64,000 nt of DNA from the human T2T-CHM13v2.0 reference genome, Homo sapiens. The stretch lies in the NCBI RefSeq assembly GCF_009914755.1, contig NC_060940.1, one strand, 5' to 3'. The notes below the pieces were generated by a model. That model ran no database searches. It was not told where the DNA came from and was given only the letters and a program-made list of their open reading frames with translations. Positions 1 to 15,485 of the stretch are shown in pieces (positions within the stretch are counted from its first letter, which is position 1; each line of letters opens with the position of its first letter). A program made the translations under genes and the position numbers.

Positions 1-264
1 GTATGTTCTTCAAGCCCACTGAATTCTCAGAAAAATCACTTACTATCCCCCTAAAATCACCCACACTTCCCCATCTCCCTTTCCCCTAAGAAAGCAGGGT
101 ATATAAGCATCTGTATCCCACTGATCAATCACTGGGATTCTCACTGTGTGCACAGTAGTCATAAATTTGTTTGCCTTTTCTCTTAGTAATCTGCCTTTTT
201 GTGAGTTGATTTTTCAGCAAATCTTCTGAGGGCAAAGCCGGAAAGCCTTCCCTTTGCACCCACA
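1..264 (+). mobile_element. 3' part of an ERV1-class solo LTR (MER34/MER39-like)
   Basis: TATA-like gggtatataagc near 98-109; terminal block tgtgagttgatttttcagc...gagggcaaa...cccaca resembles MER34/39-group LTR ends. Confidence 0.55.
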
Positions 265-494
265 GTAGATACATAATAAATGCCCCTAATAGACACCATA
301 ATAAAAACTCTTTTTCTTCCTTAAAGGTACCCACCTTTCTTGGTGGTGGAGAGAGAGGAAGTCCGAAACACAAATCACTGCAGTATATGACTGACTCCAA
401 CAGGTTAGGCAAGTCGGGAGCCACAGAAGGTCTTTGAGCAGCAGAGAGGGATGGCAAGAGCTGCACCACAGGCAGAGAAGCAATACCACCTGTA

Positions 495-1091
<597 letters not shown>

Positions 1092-1789
1092 GCCCTGGAA
1101 TGTTTGCCGGATGTATCAGAGCACGGCTGGGGGCAGCAACAACATCTGGGCCATTTCATTCCAGCCAGACTGCTGATGTCCCCTTAGCCCCACCCTGCCT
1201 CTCCCACTGCACTGCTAGTTCACTGAGTAATTAACATGCCTTGAAGCAAAAAGCCCCGGCTCCTGAATGTGCTTGACGATGCTCAGAGAGTTTTACAAAG
1301 TTGTGTCAACAGGAAACATCCAGACAGTGTTCTCAAACACCCCATGTTATCCAGAGGAGGGATCCAGCGCCAAAGTGCCTGGCTCTTAGCCCCGTGATCT
1401 CGTGGCCACAGCTCCGTCCCAGCAGCAGCTATTTCACAAGGTAAATTAAAAAGCAACCAGCATTTTCCTCTCCAACTGGCACCAAATGGTTTGTTTTTCT
1501 GTAACTATTTCCCTGGTGGAGAGCTCCCTAAAGCCTGCAGGATCTATCCCAACGGACTGCATGCCTGATGCTTCCAGGGATGGAGAATGCACAAAGCAGA
1601 TATTGTTCCCCTGCACTTGGCTTTGGTCTGCATGCCCCAGGCTCAGACTTGAAATTCAAACCAACAATGCCGCTGACCTTCTGGGTGGGGACCTTGAAAC
1701 TATGCCTCTCCTTTTCTCTGTCAGCAAAATGGCAATGCTGGGTTGCACGGTCTGGAATATTCTGGGAGAAGGCATGCTACCAGGGCAGT

Positions 1790-2010
1790 TAAGTGGATGT
1801 GTTCTGCAGTCAGAAGGGCCAGGGTTCAAGTCCCGGTTCTGCCACCAACAGGCCAGGCGGCCTGGGGCAAATTACTTTGCCTGTGTGAGCCTGTTTTCTC
1901 ATTTGTAAAATGGGAATGCAGAGAGGGATGATCTCATGGATTGCTGGGTGGTAGGATTAGATAATGGGGGAAAGATATGTAGTGAGATATTTGGCACCTA
2001 GGAAGCACCA
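1790..2010 (+). mobile_element. MIR
   Basis: gggttcaagtcccggttctgccac...ggcaaattactt...ttttctcatttgtaaaatggg MIR core. Confidence 0.7.
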
Positions 2011-2457
2011 AATAAAGTCATCCAATAAATAAAGACTTCACAGTTTGTTTTGGAAGCATTTGTCCAAGCCTCAGAAGGCCTTGGTCCATGCTGGGGTCTC
2101 ATATCTCTTCCAGCTGCTGCTAAGCAACTCGGGATGCTCAGATTCTGATGCTGCTTCCAGATCCAGAGGATCTGCACCCAGCAAAGGCAGGGACAGGGAG
2201 GGGCGAGGGAGAGGGCTCTCTCTGGGGATGCTTTCAAACTAGAAGGAAGCAAAGCTGCGACTGGCGGGTTGGGAGGGGGTCACAAATCTAGACAGGAACA
2301 ATGCTGTCATTTCGTTTTAGAAATTCCTTAATCTTACTATTTTTTATTTACATTTCAGTAGTCACATTTTGAACATTCAATGTCTTCGGGCAGAAACAAA
2401 AATTTCTCAGAACTGTCAGTGACTGGGTGGCCCTATGGCCTCTTAGCTAAATTTGTG

Positions 2458-2784
<327 letters not shown>

Positions 2785-3451
2785 AAATTTGTGATGTTAA
2801 ATAAATGCTCTCTCTCTCTACTGAAGTCAAGAGAAAAGCAAGATATTTGAGGCTTGCTTCATCTTTCTCTAGGATTTTCTTTTTTTCCTTATACCTATAT
2901 TCTTATATTACATCTGAATCAGTTTTATCATGAACATCATACATAACTTCAGAATTTTTCCTCCTATTTTGAGGTAGCAAAGGTGACATTCCATTTCTAA
3001 TTCATTCTCTCAGTATATAAAAAAAAACTCTAATATTTTCTTGAAATCCTCATGACCTAGATAGAATTCCTAGATAGAATTATATAACTAAAAATTAAAA
3101 GCAGTTATTAAAGTTTATTTTGTTGAATATTATGAATGCAGGTTCTACAAATATTGTAATTGTGATATAATCTAATTTCTATTATTCTGTTCTGTATTAT
3201 TATTTAAATTTTATAAGCATTGCTTGGCTCAGAAAGGAAATAATATTCTTCCTAAAGCTATCTAGCTAATACTCTCAATATTTATATTAATTGTAACTCT
3301 GTCCCCCTATTTATTTGTCAATTGAAAAAATTTAAGATGATTTAGTAAATCGAATTAACTCTCATAATCAAAATTAATTATTGCAACACTTGACTCTCAC
3401 AACAATTTATACTTCCAACAATTGATAAAATTTTAAAACAAAAAAAAAATC

Positions 3452-3585
3452 GACTGGGCACAGTGGCTCACACCTGAAATCCCAGCATTTCTGGAGGCTG
3501 AAGTGGGAGGATCACTGACGCCAGGAGTTGAGGACCAGCTTGGGCAACATGGCAAGACCCTGTTTCTACCCCCTCTCCCCCAAAA
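3452..3585 (+). mobile_element. Alu left monomer (FLAM-like)
   Basis: Single left arm only. Confidence 0.85.
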
Positions 3586-3824
3586 AAATCACTCTAGAAT
3601 ACTTTCAGAAAGCTTACCTATATTTGAAAGTGGATATTTAGATAGTAACAATGAATCCAAAAATATACCATCTCATATCATTACTTATTGTTATATAAAT
3701 GATCACTCAATCATTGATGACTCACAACCTTACAGATCCCGGAAATGACACTGAACTAGGCGTTTGGCTGTTCAGCCATTCAAAGCTGAATACCAAGGTC
3801 AAAACCAAACCTTTTTTCATCTCT

Positions 3825-4800
3825 GTATCAGTTAAGGCCCAACCAGGGAAACAGAAATCACTTAAATTGAATTAATGTAGAGAACTGGTTATACAAGTAA
3901 AATGGCTAATTTTGTGCCAACTTGACTGAGCCACAGGGTGCCCAGATATTTGGTTAAAAGCTATTCTGGGTGTGTCTGTGAGGGTGTTTCTGGATGAGTT
4001 TAGCACTTGAATCCATAGACTGGGTAAAGCAAATTGCCCTCCCCCATGTGAGTAGTTCCCATCCAACCCATTGAAGGCCTGACTAGAACAAAAAGGTGGC
4101 ATGAGGGAGAATTTGCTGTCTCTGCCTAACGTTTTCTAGCTGGAACACCAGCCTCCTGCCTCTGGACTTGGACTCAGGCTGTAACTGACACCATTAGTAA
4201 TCCTGGTTCTCAAGCCTTGGGACTCAACCAGGGAATACACCACAAGCTCTCTTGGGTTTCCAGTTTGGCAACCACAGATCCTGGGTCTTCTCAGCATCCA
4301 TAATTGTGTGAGCCAACTCTATGTTTGCATGTGTGTGTGCACCTATGTGTGTGTGTATCTCCTATTGGTTCTGTTTCTTTGGAGAACCCAGACTAATTGA
4401 ACAAGTAATAGAAGAGTACCAGGGGACAGCGATGCAATCCAAAAGTTGGAAATAGCAGGAAACTCCCACCTCTAGGATGGAGGCACAGAGGGAAGAAGTG
4501 GGGTTACTGGAGCCCAGAGCTGGGATCACCCAATGGAGGCTGGAACCTGAGAGGACTTCCATGGCAGGAGCTGAAAACACAAAACCACAGAGGAGATACA
4601 ACCACTGCCTGAGAACACACTGGAGGCAGAGACAGGGGGAGGAAAATGCTGGCTTCTCTCTTCCTCCTACCCGGCAATCTCCTAAGAGTGCTTCCCACTG
4701 GCTGAGCCCAGCTGGAAGCCAGCTGACACAGGAGCCTCTGGGGATCATCCCATTCCCCTGTCCTACAGACCAGAGTCAGGGAAAGGCAAGAAATAGACCT
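3825..4800. mobile_element. Old ERVL-class LTR remnant (LTR33/41-like) split by MLT2
   Basis: tgtatcagttaaggcccaaccagggaaacagaaa start; similar sequence resumes after 4400. Confidence 0.35.
3898..4398 (+). mobile_element. MLT2 (ERVL) solo LTR
   Basis: atggctaattttgtgccaacttgactgagccacagggtgcccagatatttgg ... cctattggttctgtttctttggagaacccagactaa are typical MLT2 ends. Confidence 0.85.
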
Positions 4801-4999
4801 AACCACAAACATGCTCAGGACCATCCCTATAGAGTTTCTTATCCTCACAACAATCCTAAAAACTAGGTGGTTCCCAATTACCAGCTAAGTAAGTGTAGTT
4901 CGGAGAGGTAAAGTAACTCTCCTAAGGTCACACAGGTAGTAGACAGTGAAGTTCAACATCTCAGCAACTGTAAGACCTCCCCCCTTCACTTTCTCTATT

Positions 5000-5860
5000 T
5001 TTATTATAAAGCTAATACAGCAATTGTTGTAAAGAACCTAGAAAATCCAAAAATAGAGGAGAACTACTCCTAATCCTACCACTCAGAGCTACCAACATCG
5101 CAGATGTTTTCCTCTCCAGTCTTTCTTCTAAGCATAATAAACATCTTTCCCAGCAAAACTGGGATAACCTGGACATGCAGTTTCATGTCTTTGATTTTTC
5201 CATCTCTGTGGTCACAGTGAGAGGCAGAGTGGTAAACAGTTAGGAAACACTCAATGCCATGTGGGCTATAAGTCCTGGCTCATTGCCTTACTGGCTGCTG
5301 CTTCTCCATCTGTAACTTGGGGATTATTCTGATATTGCATCTGCACCACAAGGTTGCTGGGAGGAATAACTGAGTTATTCCTTGTGAAGTCTTAGAGCAG
5401 TGTCTGGCACATTATAAACACTATTACCATGATTATTATGTTTCCATGGCAGCAAAAATGCACACGAGCACCATTTTAAATGGCTGCATACCATTCCATT
5501 GAACGAATGGATGGACAGAAGTTATTTAACCACTTCCCAATGGTTGGACACTAGGAGTCTTTCCAAAGTTTTGCTACTATATCCAATGATAAATAACCTC
5601 AGCATAAATCTTTTCACATCTGTGATTTAACTGACTTTCATCCTAGAAAAGCAATTGCTAGATCTAATGATAGGAGCTTGTTTAAAGCTCAATGAATGGT
5701 GCTAAATTGCTCTTTGGAACAATCTGCACCGTTTCTATATCACTGGATGGGGAGAGACCCTGCAGCCTGGGCATTATCAAGTAGTTGTTTCAATGTTATT
5801 ATTATTTTTGCATACATGCCAAGCAGATGGGCAGTAATGATAGCTGTCATTTTAGTCAAC
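5000..5860 (-). mobile_element. Degenerate L1M(E) 3' fragments with an embedded MIR (about 5220-5430)
   Basis: ttaaatggctgcataccattccatt...ttatttaaccacttccc...ggacactagg L1ME-like; MIR core ttctccatctgtaacttggg. Confidence 0.5.
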
Positions 5861-6769
5861 TTGTCTTCTCTTTAGCTACTCCAGTGAAACTCTTCCACCC
5901 CGTCTCTCTGCACTCCGCACCAACAACCATGTCTTTTCTGCCCACACCTCCTGACACAGACAAACCATCCATTTCCCAACCATCAGCTGAGATGCAGGGG
6001 AATAACTTCTCCCAGGGGACTGAGGTCGCTGAAGACACCAAAACATGGCCATCCCAAATTGCTCTTGGGACTTGTCAGCAGCAATGACAATGGCAAAAGG
6101 CAGAAAAAAAAAAAAGAGAGAGAGAAAGAGACAGAAACAGCTCTGCAAAGTATCTGGAAGAAAGGCTTCTGGGACCAAACCTCGAGAGACACCAGGACCA
6201 GTGGCACATTCTGGAGGCCAGGAGGTGCATTGCAGGTTTTCACCCAGCGGGAGGGGCAGGCAACACTTGGGAGATCCCAGTTGCCCAAAAGCCCTGCAGA
6301 GCCAAAGGCTCCAAGGCCACAAGTGAACAGGGATCAACCTGTGACTTCCAGTCAGGAGGCCAGGTTTCCAGCTGCCGCTACTTGGCTCCCTTGAGGGCAG
6401 CCACAGACTACTTAGGGTATTTTATCCAAATACCAATGAAAATAATCGCTTTTCAAAACTGTAGCTATAATTCATCTATTCAGGATAGAACCAAGACACT
6501 AACCCTGCAGCATGTTCCAGGTGCTCAGGGACTCTCCACAAATGTTTACAGAATAAATAAATCAACGTAGTAGGGAAAATTGGTTTGGGATTTGTCAAAA
6601 GTTCTGATTGAACTGAACTCTCTTGTCAAGACTTAAGAGATCATTAACAGAAGAAAAAAATCAATATGTTTTAGCTGACTGTGATGTGCAAGACGTTTTG
6701 CTAGATGCATGGAGACATTAGAGGAAAAAAAAAGAAAGGATGGTCCCTGACCTCAAGCTGCTCCGGTTA

Positions 6770-7000
6770 AGAGTGAGCCCTTGGATGCAAAGAGATTTGG
6801 GGTTAAGTCTCAAAAACCCAATTCAATAGCTGAGTGTGTGTAGGCAGTTGTCATCGCTTAGTCTTCAACCCTCAATTTTCTCATCTGTGAAATGGAACAC
6901 TAACAATAATCACCTCCCAGAGCTGTGTGAGAATAAATGAGACAATGCTTGCAACATGCCAGGCAATGAATGAACAAAAAATGGCAGCTGCTCCTGTTTA
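6770..7000 (+). mobile_element. MIR
   Basis: ctcaattttctcatctgtgaaatgga...gtgagaataaatgagacaatgc. Confidence 0.7.
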
Positions 7001-7181
7001 TTTTATTTGTATCAACAAGGATGGGAAGAGGCTGTGCTGATCACTTTGGCAGCCCCAGGTGAACGGTTTGTCTGCTTGTCTGCTCTATAGCAGGAAGACC
7101 AACTCCAGGCTTTATTAATAATTGGATTTAGGCGTCATCCTATCACCTTATATCTTAATTATAGCTGCAAAGAACTTGTAT

Positions 7182-7352
7182 CTTTTTTTATTTTATTTTT
7201 CTTTAGAGTCAGAATCTGGCTCTCTCACCCAGGCTAAAGTGCAGTGGCACGATCTCAGCTCACTGCAGCCTCAAACTCCTGGGCTCAAGTGATTTTCAAG
7301 CCTCAGCCTCCTGATTACCAGGGACTACAGGCATGAGTCACTGCACCTGGCT
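7182..7352 (-). mobile_element. Alu right monomer (FRAM-like) inside an MLT1 fragment (about 7110-7440)
   Basis: ~170-bp single reverse monomer with a T tail. Confidence 0.8.
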
Positions 7353-7469
7353 AAAGACCCTATTTCTAATAGGATCATGTTCACAGGCCCAGGAATTAGG
7401 ACTTAAGCATATCTTTATGGGGGACACAATTCAATCCACACTGGCCACGCCCTTCCAGCTGGCTGGCTC

Positions 7470-7732
7470 CTCCCTTTGCTCAATGTCAGGCCCTGCCCAA
7501 ACATCACCTTCCCAAGAGGCTTCCAGACCCACCCTATCCCAGGCAGCCCTCACCACACCTCTTGCCCTCCTTTTGCTTTACTTGACTTTTCTCCAAAGAA
7601 CTTGTCAGCACCTGCAATATTATGTATTTCATGTTTGTTATCTGCCTCCCTAACCAGTGCATAAACTTCCTGAGGGCAGGGATTAGTCTGGGATACAGCT
7701 GGCACTCAATAGATGTTTGTGGAATGACTGAG
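7470..7732 (+). mobile_element. L2 3' end
   Basis: taaacttcctgagggcaggga...ggcactcaatagatgtttgtggaatgactga. Confidence 0.7.
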
Positions 7733-7900
7733 ACAGTGGGTGATGACTGGATAGTTGCTCTGCTGGGACGCTGGGGACACCTGCACTACCTTTCTCCTCC
7801 CCGCCAGTTGCAAAGCTTCTTCTCATTTTGGGGACACTGTGGTAGTGGGGAGTAGTGGCCTCCTAAAGACATCTTCATCCCGGGAACCTGTTAATGTGAC

Positions 7901-8593
<693 letters not shown>

Positions 8594-8646
8594 GTGACCT
8601 TACATGGTAAAAAGGAACTCTGCAATGTGATTAAGTTAAGGATCTC

Positions 8647-8951
8647 AGCCTAGCACAGTGGCTCACGCCTATAATCCCAGCACTTTGGGAGGCCAAGGCG
8701 GGTGGGTCACCTTAGTTCAGGAGTTCAAGACCACCCTGGCCAACATGGCAAACCCCCGTCTCTACTAAAAATACAAAAATTGGCTGGGCATGGTGGTGGG
8801 TGCCTGTAATCCCAGCTACTCAGGGGGCTGAGGCAGGAGAATTATTGAACTCGGGAGGCGGAGGTTGCAGTGAGCCGAGATGGCGCCACTGCACTCCAGC
8901 CTGGGAGACAGAGTGAGACTCCATCTCAAAAAAAAAAAAAAAAAAAAAAAA
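8647..8951 (+). mobile_element. Alu (AluS-type)
   Basis: TSD aagttaaggatctc at 8633-8646 and 8950-8963. Confidence 0.95.
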
Positions 8952-10241
8952 GTTAAGGATCTCCAGATGAGAGATTATCTGGGATTGTCCATGTGGGTCC
9001 CATGTGATCACAAGCACCCTTAGAAGAAGAAGGCAGGAAGGCCAGCGTCAGAAAAGGAGATATGATGGAAGAACCAGAGGTAGTGGTGATGCACTTTGAA
9101 AAGAGAAGGGATCCGAAGTCAAGGAGCATGGGCAGCCTAGAGCAGATGGAAAAACTAGGAAAACAGTGTTCCCCCAGAGCTTCCAGAAAGGAACGCAGCC
9201 GACCGATGCAATTTTAGGCCGGGGAGGCCCATGTCAGACTTCTGACCTCCAGATCTGTAAGATAAGAAGTCGGTGCTGTTTTAAGCCACAGCAGCCATAG
9301 GAAATGAATACAGAGTCCTTAAAGCTCTCTCTGAAGCAGCTTCCCCTGAGCCAGGCAGGTCAGCAAGGCAGTGAGTATTTGCAGGTGAGGAACCAGGGCC
9401 CAGAAAGGTCAAGCAGCTTGCCCCAGGTCACACAGCTGGGAAGTGGCCAAGCCAAGAGTTCAACCTGGTTTCTCTGGCTCTGGAGTCCTTGCTTTGGCCA
9501 CAACACCAGATAGAGGGTCATTAAGCAGCTTTGCATGGCCTGTGAGACAGTCTCAGCCCTGCCAGAGCTCTCAACAGCCACCTGTCCCCGGGACCCACAC
9601 CAAGATGGCTGTTTGAGGAAGGTTCTGTTTCTAACGGCTTGTCCTGGTAGAAGTGCACTTTGAGTGATATTCGTGGACACATCTGGGCCCCATGGGGTCC
9701 AAGCCATAGCCTGACTGTTTGGGTAGAAGAGTTGATGTGCTCCCCAGATGTCTTCACACTGACATTCTACAGGGCCCAACCTCCATGGGCAGCCCCAGAG
9801 CCCAGGAGCAGCTGCCCCGCCCCAGCTAGAGCAGGGAAGGAGGGATGGAAGCCCCCAGTGCTCGAGTGCCAGAGCATTCTCCTACCCAGGTCTCCTCTGG
9901 GTCTCCCAACAACCTATGGGGGCTTCTCATTACATCATTTCACAGGGCAGGAAACAGAAGCTTGGGGAGGATGCTAATTTACCCCAGGGCCCCACAGGGA
10001 GAAGGAAGAGCTAGAATTTGCATCCAGGCCCTGAGGAACTCAAAGACTGTCCATCCACACTGGCCCCAAGAACCCCACACCATGACTGTGCCAGCAGAGG
10101 CGAGAGGGTGGAGTGTTCACAAGATGAGCTACCCAGTCACCCACTCATGGTCAGGGCCATGGGCCTGGGGGTTCCTCAACACCATTCTATGGCTCTTCTG
10201 GAGACCCCATGTGTCTCTAAGGGCTATAGCATGTTTTTTAA

Positions 10242-10549
<308 letters not shown>

Positions 10550-10564
10550 TCTAACAGTCTTTTT

Positions 10565-10708
10565 GTTAATTTTTTTTTATTTTTAATTCCTGTGGGTACA
10601 TAGTAGGTGTATATATTTATAAGTTACATGAGATATTTTGATACAGGCATACAATGCGTAATAATCACATCAGGGTAAATGGGGTATCCATCACCTCAAG
10701 CATTTATT
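10565..10708 (-). mobile_element. L1MA-type 3' end fragment
   Basis: gggtacatagtaggtgtatatatttat...gatacaggcatacaatgcgtaataatcacatcagggtaaatggggtatccatcacctcaagc. Confidence 0.8.
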
Positions 10709-10759
10709 CTAAGAGTCTTGAAAAGAACCTGGATCCCAGCTTCATTCTCTCTCTCTTTT

Positions 10760-11116
10760 CTGTACACACACACTTATATACACACATATATACACCCTTT
10801 CCCATGCATATTTACACCCACACACACAGAAACACACCCACTCACACAGGTATGCTCATACACATACTCACTGAGATACACATGTGCACACACGTACATG
10901 TACACCTGTAAACATACAAATGTTCATGCACACACCCAAAACCACTCACAAGCACGCATATACACACGCACGGCCACACACATGCACACAGCACACGCAT
11001 AAGTGTTCACACATTTGCACACACCTTTACACAGACTTACAGACATACATACATGCACATCCACCTACATGTGCACACACACCTTCCCCAACACAAGCAC
11101 ACATACACACACTCAC
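10760..11116. repeat. Degenerate (CA)n/(CACA/CATA) low-complexity tract
   Basis: Direct reading. Confidence 0.9.
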
Positions 11117-12079
11117 AGTTGGGCCGTGGCTGCTGTTTCTGAAACCCACCTGCTTGCTTATTCAGGAAGATGAAACAACCCCGGCCTATTGTTGACTCTC
11201 CTAGAAGAAAAACAGACTATAAAATCCTCAGCTTAACATCATCTAATCCTAGCTCCCCGCACATCAATTCCCTTCTGATGCTGCCATCGAGCACATCTAT
11301 TTCCATGGAATGTGCATCTGATCTTGGAGAAATCACAGGATTAGTCACTTGACCTTACACATCTCCTGATCACCTCAAATGGGTCCCCAGGCTCCCCAGC
11401 CGCAGCCTGACACCATCTCTCTGAGCATTTCTCTAGCATGGCAGAGTCTCACCTCCTGCAGGAGGAGGAAGGCATGCACGAGCCATGAGCACAGAGGCCA
11501 GGAAGAGCTGCATCACCCTCACCTGCCACCACGGGCAAGGATGCCCCAGGATGACCCTGCAGTCCTTGGTTTCCTTCTGCAGTAGGAGGATAAAGGTCCT
11601 TGCCCTGCCCTCCGCACAGAGTGGAGGGATGATGTGGAGATGTACTTGAGTCCAAAGAGAAGGACAGGTGAAGGTAAAAAACAGGATAGAAGATTCTAGA
11701 AAAGGTGTGGACGCTGGGGAGGAGTGAAAGGAGAATACATGGGGACTGGATTTAATGCTGCGTCTGGCCAGCTTTTATATGGCTGAGCATTTGTCATCCA
11801 CTTCTGAGATTGCTTATGAAAGACCCCGTTCAATATCCGGGTTTCAGCAACCCTGGGGTTAACTGTCAGTCTCTTTGAGCCACTTGCTCTCAGGACTCAC
11901 CCATGGGAATTCTGCATATGCACAGGGGCTAAGATTCAAGTCAAACCATGCAAGACCTCTCTACCAACTAGGCAGAACTCTGTGGCTATGTGTTCTCATG
12001 AGATGCAGTTGCCTAATTAAGCTTAAAATAAATGTTCAATGACCAGTCCCTGGGGCACTAAGAAGACAGCCTTGACCTC

Positions 12080-12570
12080 TGAAAGGGGCCAGCAGGTGGA
12101 AGCAGAAGGGTCTGAGCCCAGATCCCAGCTCTGGCACCTACCTACTAGTTGGGTGGCCAGGAACAAGTTTCTTAAGCTCTAGAAGTGTCTGTTTTCTCAT
12201 CTTTTGAATGGGAACAATGCCAGTTCCACTTCACAAGGTTTTGAGAGGATTTAGTGACTTGCTATTCACAAAGTGCCTAGCACAGCGCTCGCACACCATA
12301 AATGCTCATAAATGTGAGACCCACTCCTCCCCTCTGAACACTTACCAGCCCATCCTGGGACAAAGTCATAGTGAAAGCCAGCTCTGAAATCAGACTCCAT
12401 CTGGGCTGGGAGCCTGGTTTGTGACCTTGGGCAAGTCACTTGGTCTTGGAGTATCTGGGTAACCCCCTCTGCAAAATGGAAATAACAGAAGTACCAACCC
12501 CATGGGCTGTTAAAGAAAGTGGCACACAATTGCATGGGAAGGGGGTGCCTTGTGAATGCATGGGCATTGC
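12080..12570 (+). mobile_element. Two adjacent MIR copies
   Basis: Two MIR cores (gttttctcatcttttgaatggg; gtgaccttgggcaagtcactt...ctgcaaaatgga). Confidence 0.7.
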
Positions 12571-12579
12571 AAGCTCTTG

Positions 12580-13050
12580 ATTTAGTTTCAGTTTCACGAA
12601 AAGCAGCCCCTGAGACAAAGATTTGGTGCAAGTAGTTAATTGAGAGGTGATGCCAGAATATGGTGAGGGAGCGAGGAAGTGATCAGGGAAGTGAAGAAAG
12701 CTAATGAGGTGGGGGGTGTTCCTGTAGGAGTCATCACAGTGGGCAACTGGGCTCACTCCTGCTGGGGATGTTCAAGACACAGTGTCACACAAAGCTCTGG
12801 ACTGCCCCATGAAGGGACACTCCCACCTGTGAAGGGTCGCTTGCTCCTGGGACAGTGACCCCCAGTACCCTCAGCCTTCTCCCCTGTATGGGCTAAGCTG
12901 CTCTAACAGGTAGAGGACACCCTACCTGAGAGAGCGGGTGCCCCGGATGGGAAGTCATCAGTGTTCTGGAACTTTCCACAGCAACTGCAGGTAGCATCAG
13001 GTGGGCCTAGGGGATGAGGGCACAGCCTCCTAGCACCTGCCTCAGCTGTT
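12580..13050 (-). mobile_element. LTR16-family (ERVL) LTR
   Basis: aagcagcccctgagacaaagatttggtgcaagtagttaattgagaggtgat motif typical of reverse LTR16. Confidence 0.6.
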
Positions 13051-13236
13051 ATGGTTGCTGTTTTCACCACAAAATCCCTGGGCCTGTGCTCAAGGCCCTC
13101 TCCTGGGGACTTGAACACATGGTGCTGGGCACTCCCCAGCCCTTAAATGTACTCTGGATGGCACCCTTCCCCATCAGCCTGGCTCCTGGCACACCTGGAT
13201 AGGGTGACTGGGGAGAGTTCAATGGAGGGACCTGTC

Positions 13237-13698
13237 TGTATCTGTTTCTGGAGATGTCATAAAAAATCACCACACACTTAGTGGCTTAAAACAACAGAAA
13301 TGTATGAGCTCACAGTTCTAGAGGCCAAATGTCTGAAATCCATGTGTGGGGCAGGACCCTGATCGCCAGCCAGGAAGCCTCCAGGGGAGAATCCCTCCTC
13401 GCCTCTTCCAGCTTCAGGCGGCTCCAGGCGTTCTGTGGCTCGTGGCTGCCTCCCTCCAATCTCTGCCTCTGTCTCCACATGGTGGCCTCCCCTGTGTCTC
13501 TGTGTCTTCTCATCTGTCTCTTACACGGACATTTGTCTTATAACTTAGGGCCCGCCTAGATAATCCAGGATGATCTCATCTTCAGATCTCTAAACTTAAT
13601 TACAAATGCAAAGATTCTCTGGCTAAATAAGGTCACATTCACAGGTTCTGGGGCTTAGAATGTTGGCATACTTTCTGGAGGTCACTATTCAACCCACT
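13237..13698 (-). mobile_element. MLT1 (MLT1B/C-like) LTR
   Basis: accacacacttagtggcttaaaacaacagaaatgtat...ataatccaggatgatctcatc...aaataaggtcacattcacaggttctgggg. Confidence 0.85.
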
Positions 13699-15485
13699 GA
13701 AGAGTGTTTACAGAAGGCTTAAAGCAAACCCACAAGGGGAGGTAGATCTCCAAAGGCCAAAAGCAGTTTCCACCCCTCAGCCTCCAGAGATGGGGGGGAA
13801 TAGGGACCTTGGAGGGAGCTGGAGCTATCTCAGGAGGCACCGTTAACCCACAGTTCAGCATGAAGGGGCAGGGAAGAAACCTCCTGCTGCCACCCCCCAC
13901 CCATGAAACTGACACAGAGACCAGAGGATGAGAACCCAGGTGTCGCAGACAATGGCCTGCAGCTCCCGGCACACAGTGGCATGGAGAATGATCTGGAAGG
14001 GCAAACCTGAATATCCTGTATGCCCCTAGTTTCTTGCTTCAATGCCTCTGGCGCAAACATTTGCCTTGTGAATGAGCATCTCATTAAAGGAGAAACAGAT
14101 AAAAACCCCGTGTCTATTGAGCTGGGATTTCCTTCAAGGGGCTCCAGACTTCTTTAGCCTCTGGTACTAAACTCTTAAGCCCCAGGCCTCTTTCTCATGC
14201 CTGTCCTAAGTCCATGATGTCCCCAGATTCCTGACATGACACCTTGTGGAACCAGGCCAGACTGCCCGGCTTCCCTGCCATACCAGAGAGGAAGAGACCA
14301 GGGGCAGTATTATAAGGGAGTGGGACGGGAGAGTCTGCAGTCCTAGAACAGAGGTGGGATGGCCCCACCTCTATGCTTCCCATTATAAACAGAGTAAGGA
14401 ACCTGGAGCCAAAACGCAGCCCAGCCCAATTTCACTGCCAATGCCACATGCCCAGCCCAGCCCTGCCCAGCACTCTGGAGCTGGGCATCAACAGGTGCTA
14501 GGGGAGAAGCCAGTGGCCTGGGATTCTCTGGGCAGAGGGATCCCACCCTCACCAGCCCCAGCATTCCACCCACAAGTGTCACCTCACCACAACCAAAGCC
14601 CAGAATCCCACCCCATGGGCCACTCTACCCTGCCACACAGAAAGCAAACCTGCAAATCACTCCAATTGCTGTTCATCAAGTGCCACAGAACAAAATATAC
14701 TGCAGAAATCACCCAGCTGCTCCATAGAGGGGCTGAGCCCCCTCCAATTACTGTCATGTAACCTTCTCTAACTTGATTCCCCTTATCTTATCTATAATAG
14801 ATAAATGTCCAGTCCAGGGAGGGGAAAATTTTCCAAAAACCTAGTATAATAAACCACAAAAATGCCAGCTGTCACCAGCAGGAAGCAGTCCCCATTAGTG
14901 GGCACAGAGCAATCCTCACAGCTCCCACCAAGCTCCCTGTCCAGGGAAGAGTGTTCCTGAAGTCCCCCCACCTTCCCCGCTCACTCAGTCAGTGACATTT
15001 ATGAAGTGCTCACTCTGAGCCAGCCTGGAGGACAGCATGGTGCCTGCCAGCCTCCAGCTACTCCCAGTATGGGGGAGCAAGCAGCCAGCCCAGAGACGAT
15101 GTCCTTGTTGTCCGGAATGTCGTGGACACCGGCCATGGGTTCCCTCTCCTCGACCTCCTGTCAGCCACTTGGAAGGGCCCAGGCAGGACAGCCAGCGGGA
15201 GCCTTGGTTAAATCCGCCCTCTCTGCAGGAGCTACGCATCCTAATTCTGCCTTGGCAGAGACATGAGCGGTTGGCGGTCCAGGCCATGGTAGGGGATGGC
15301 AGAACACGGGATAAGACTGCCCGTGGGCCTCACTGCTTCCTGACTGGGCGCTAAAGTATCCACACTGCAAGGCTCTGGAATGCTGATGGGCTCCGGAAAG
15401 CACGAGGGGCCAGGCCAGCTGCAGAGGCCATGGGACTCCAGGGGAGAAGGGAGGGCTTATGGAGGAAGCACAAAGAGAGGGAATT

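Noticed and set aside
2800-3750. AT-rich block, possibly an ancient DNA-transposon remnant; includes a 13-bp tandem cctagatagaatt x2 at 3056-3081
   Set aside because: I could not match it to a family from memory; the short tandem is ordinary slippage
10654-11195. His/Thr-rich ORFs
   Set aside because: Artefacts of (CA)n low complexity
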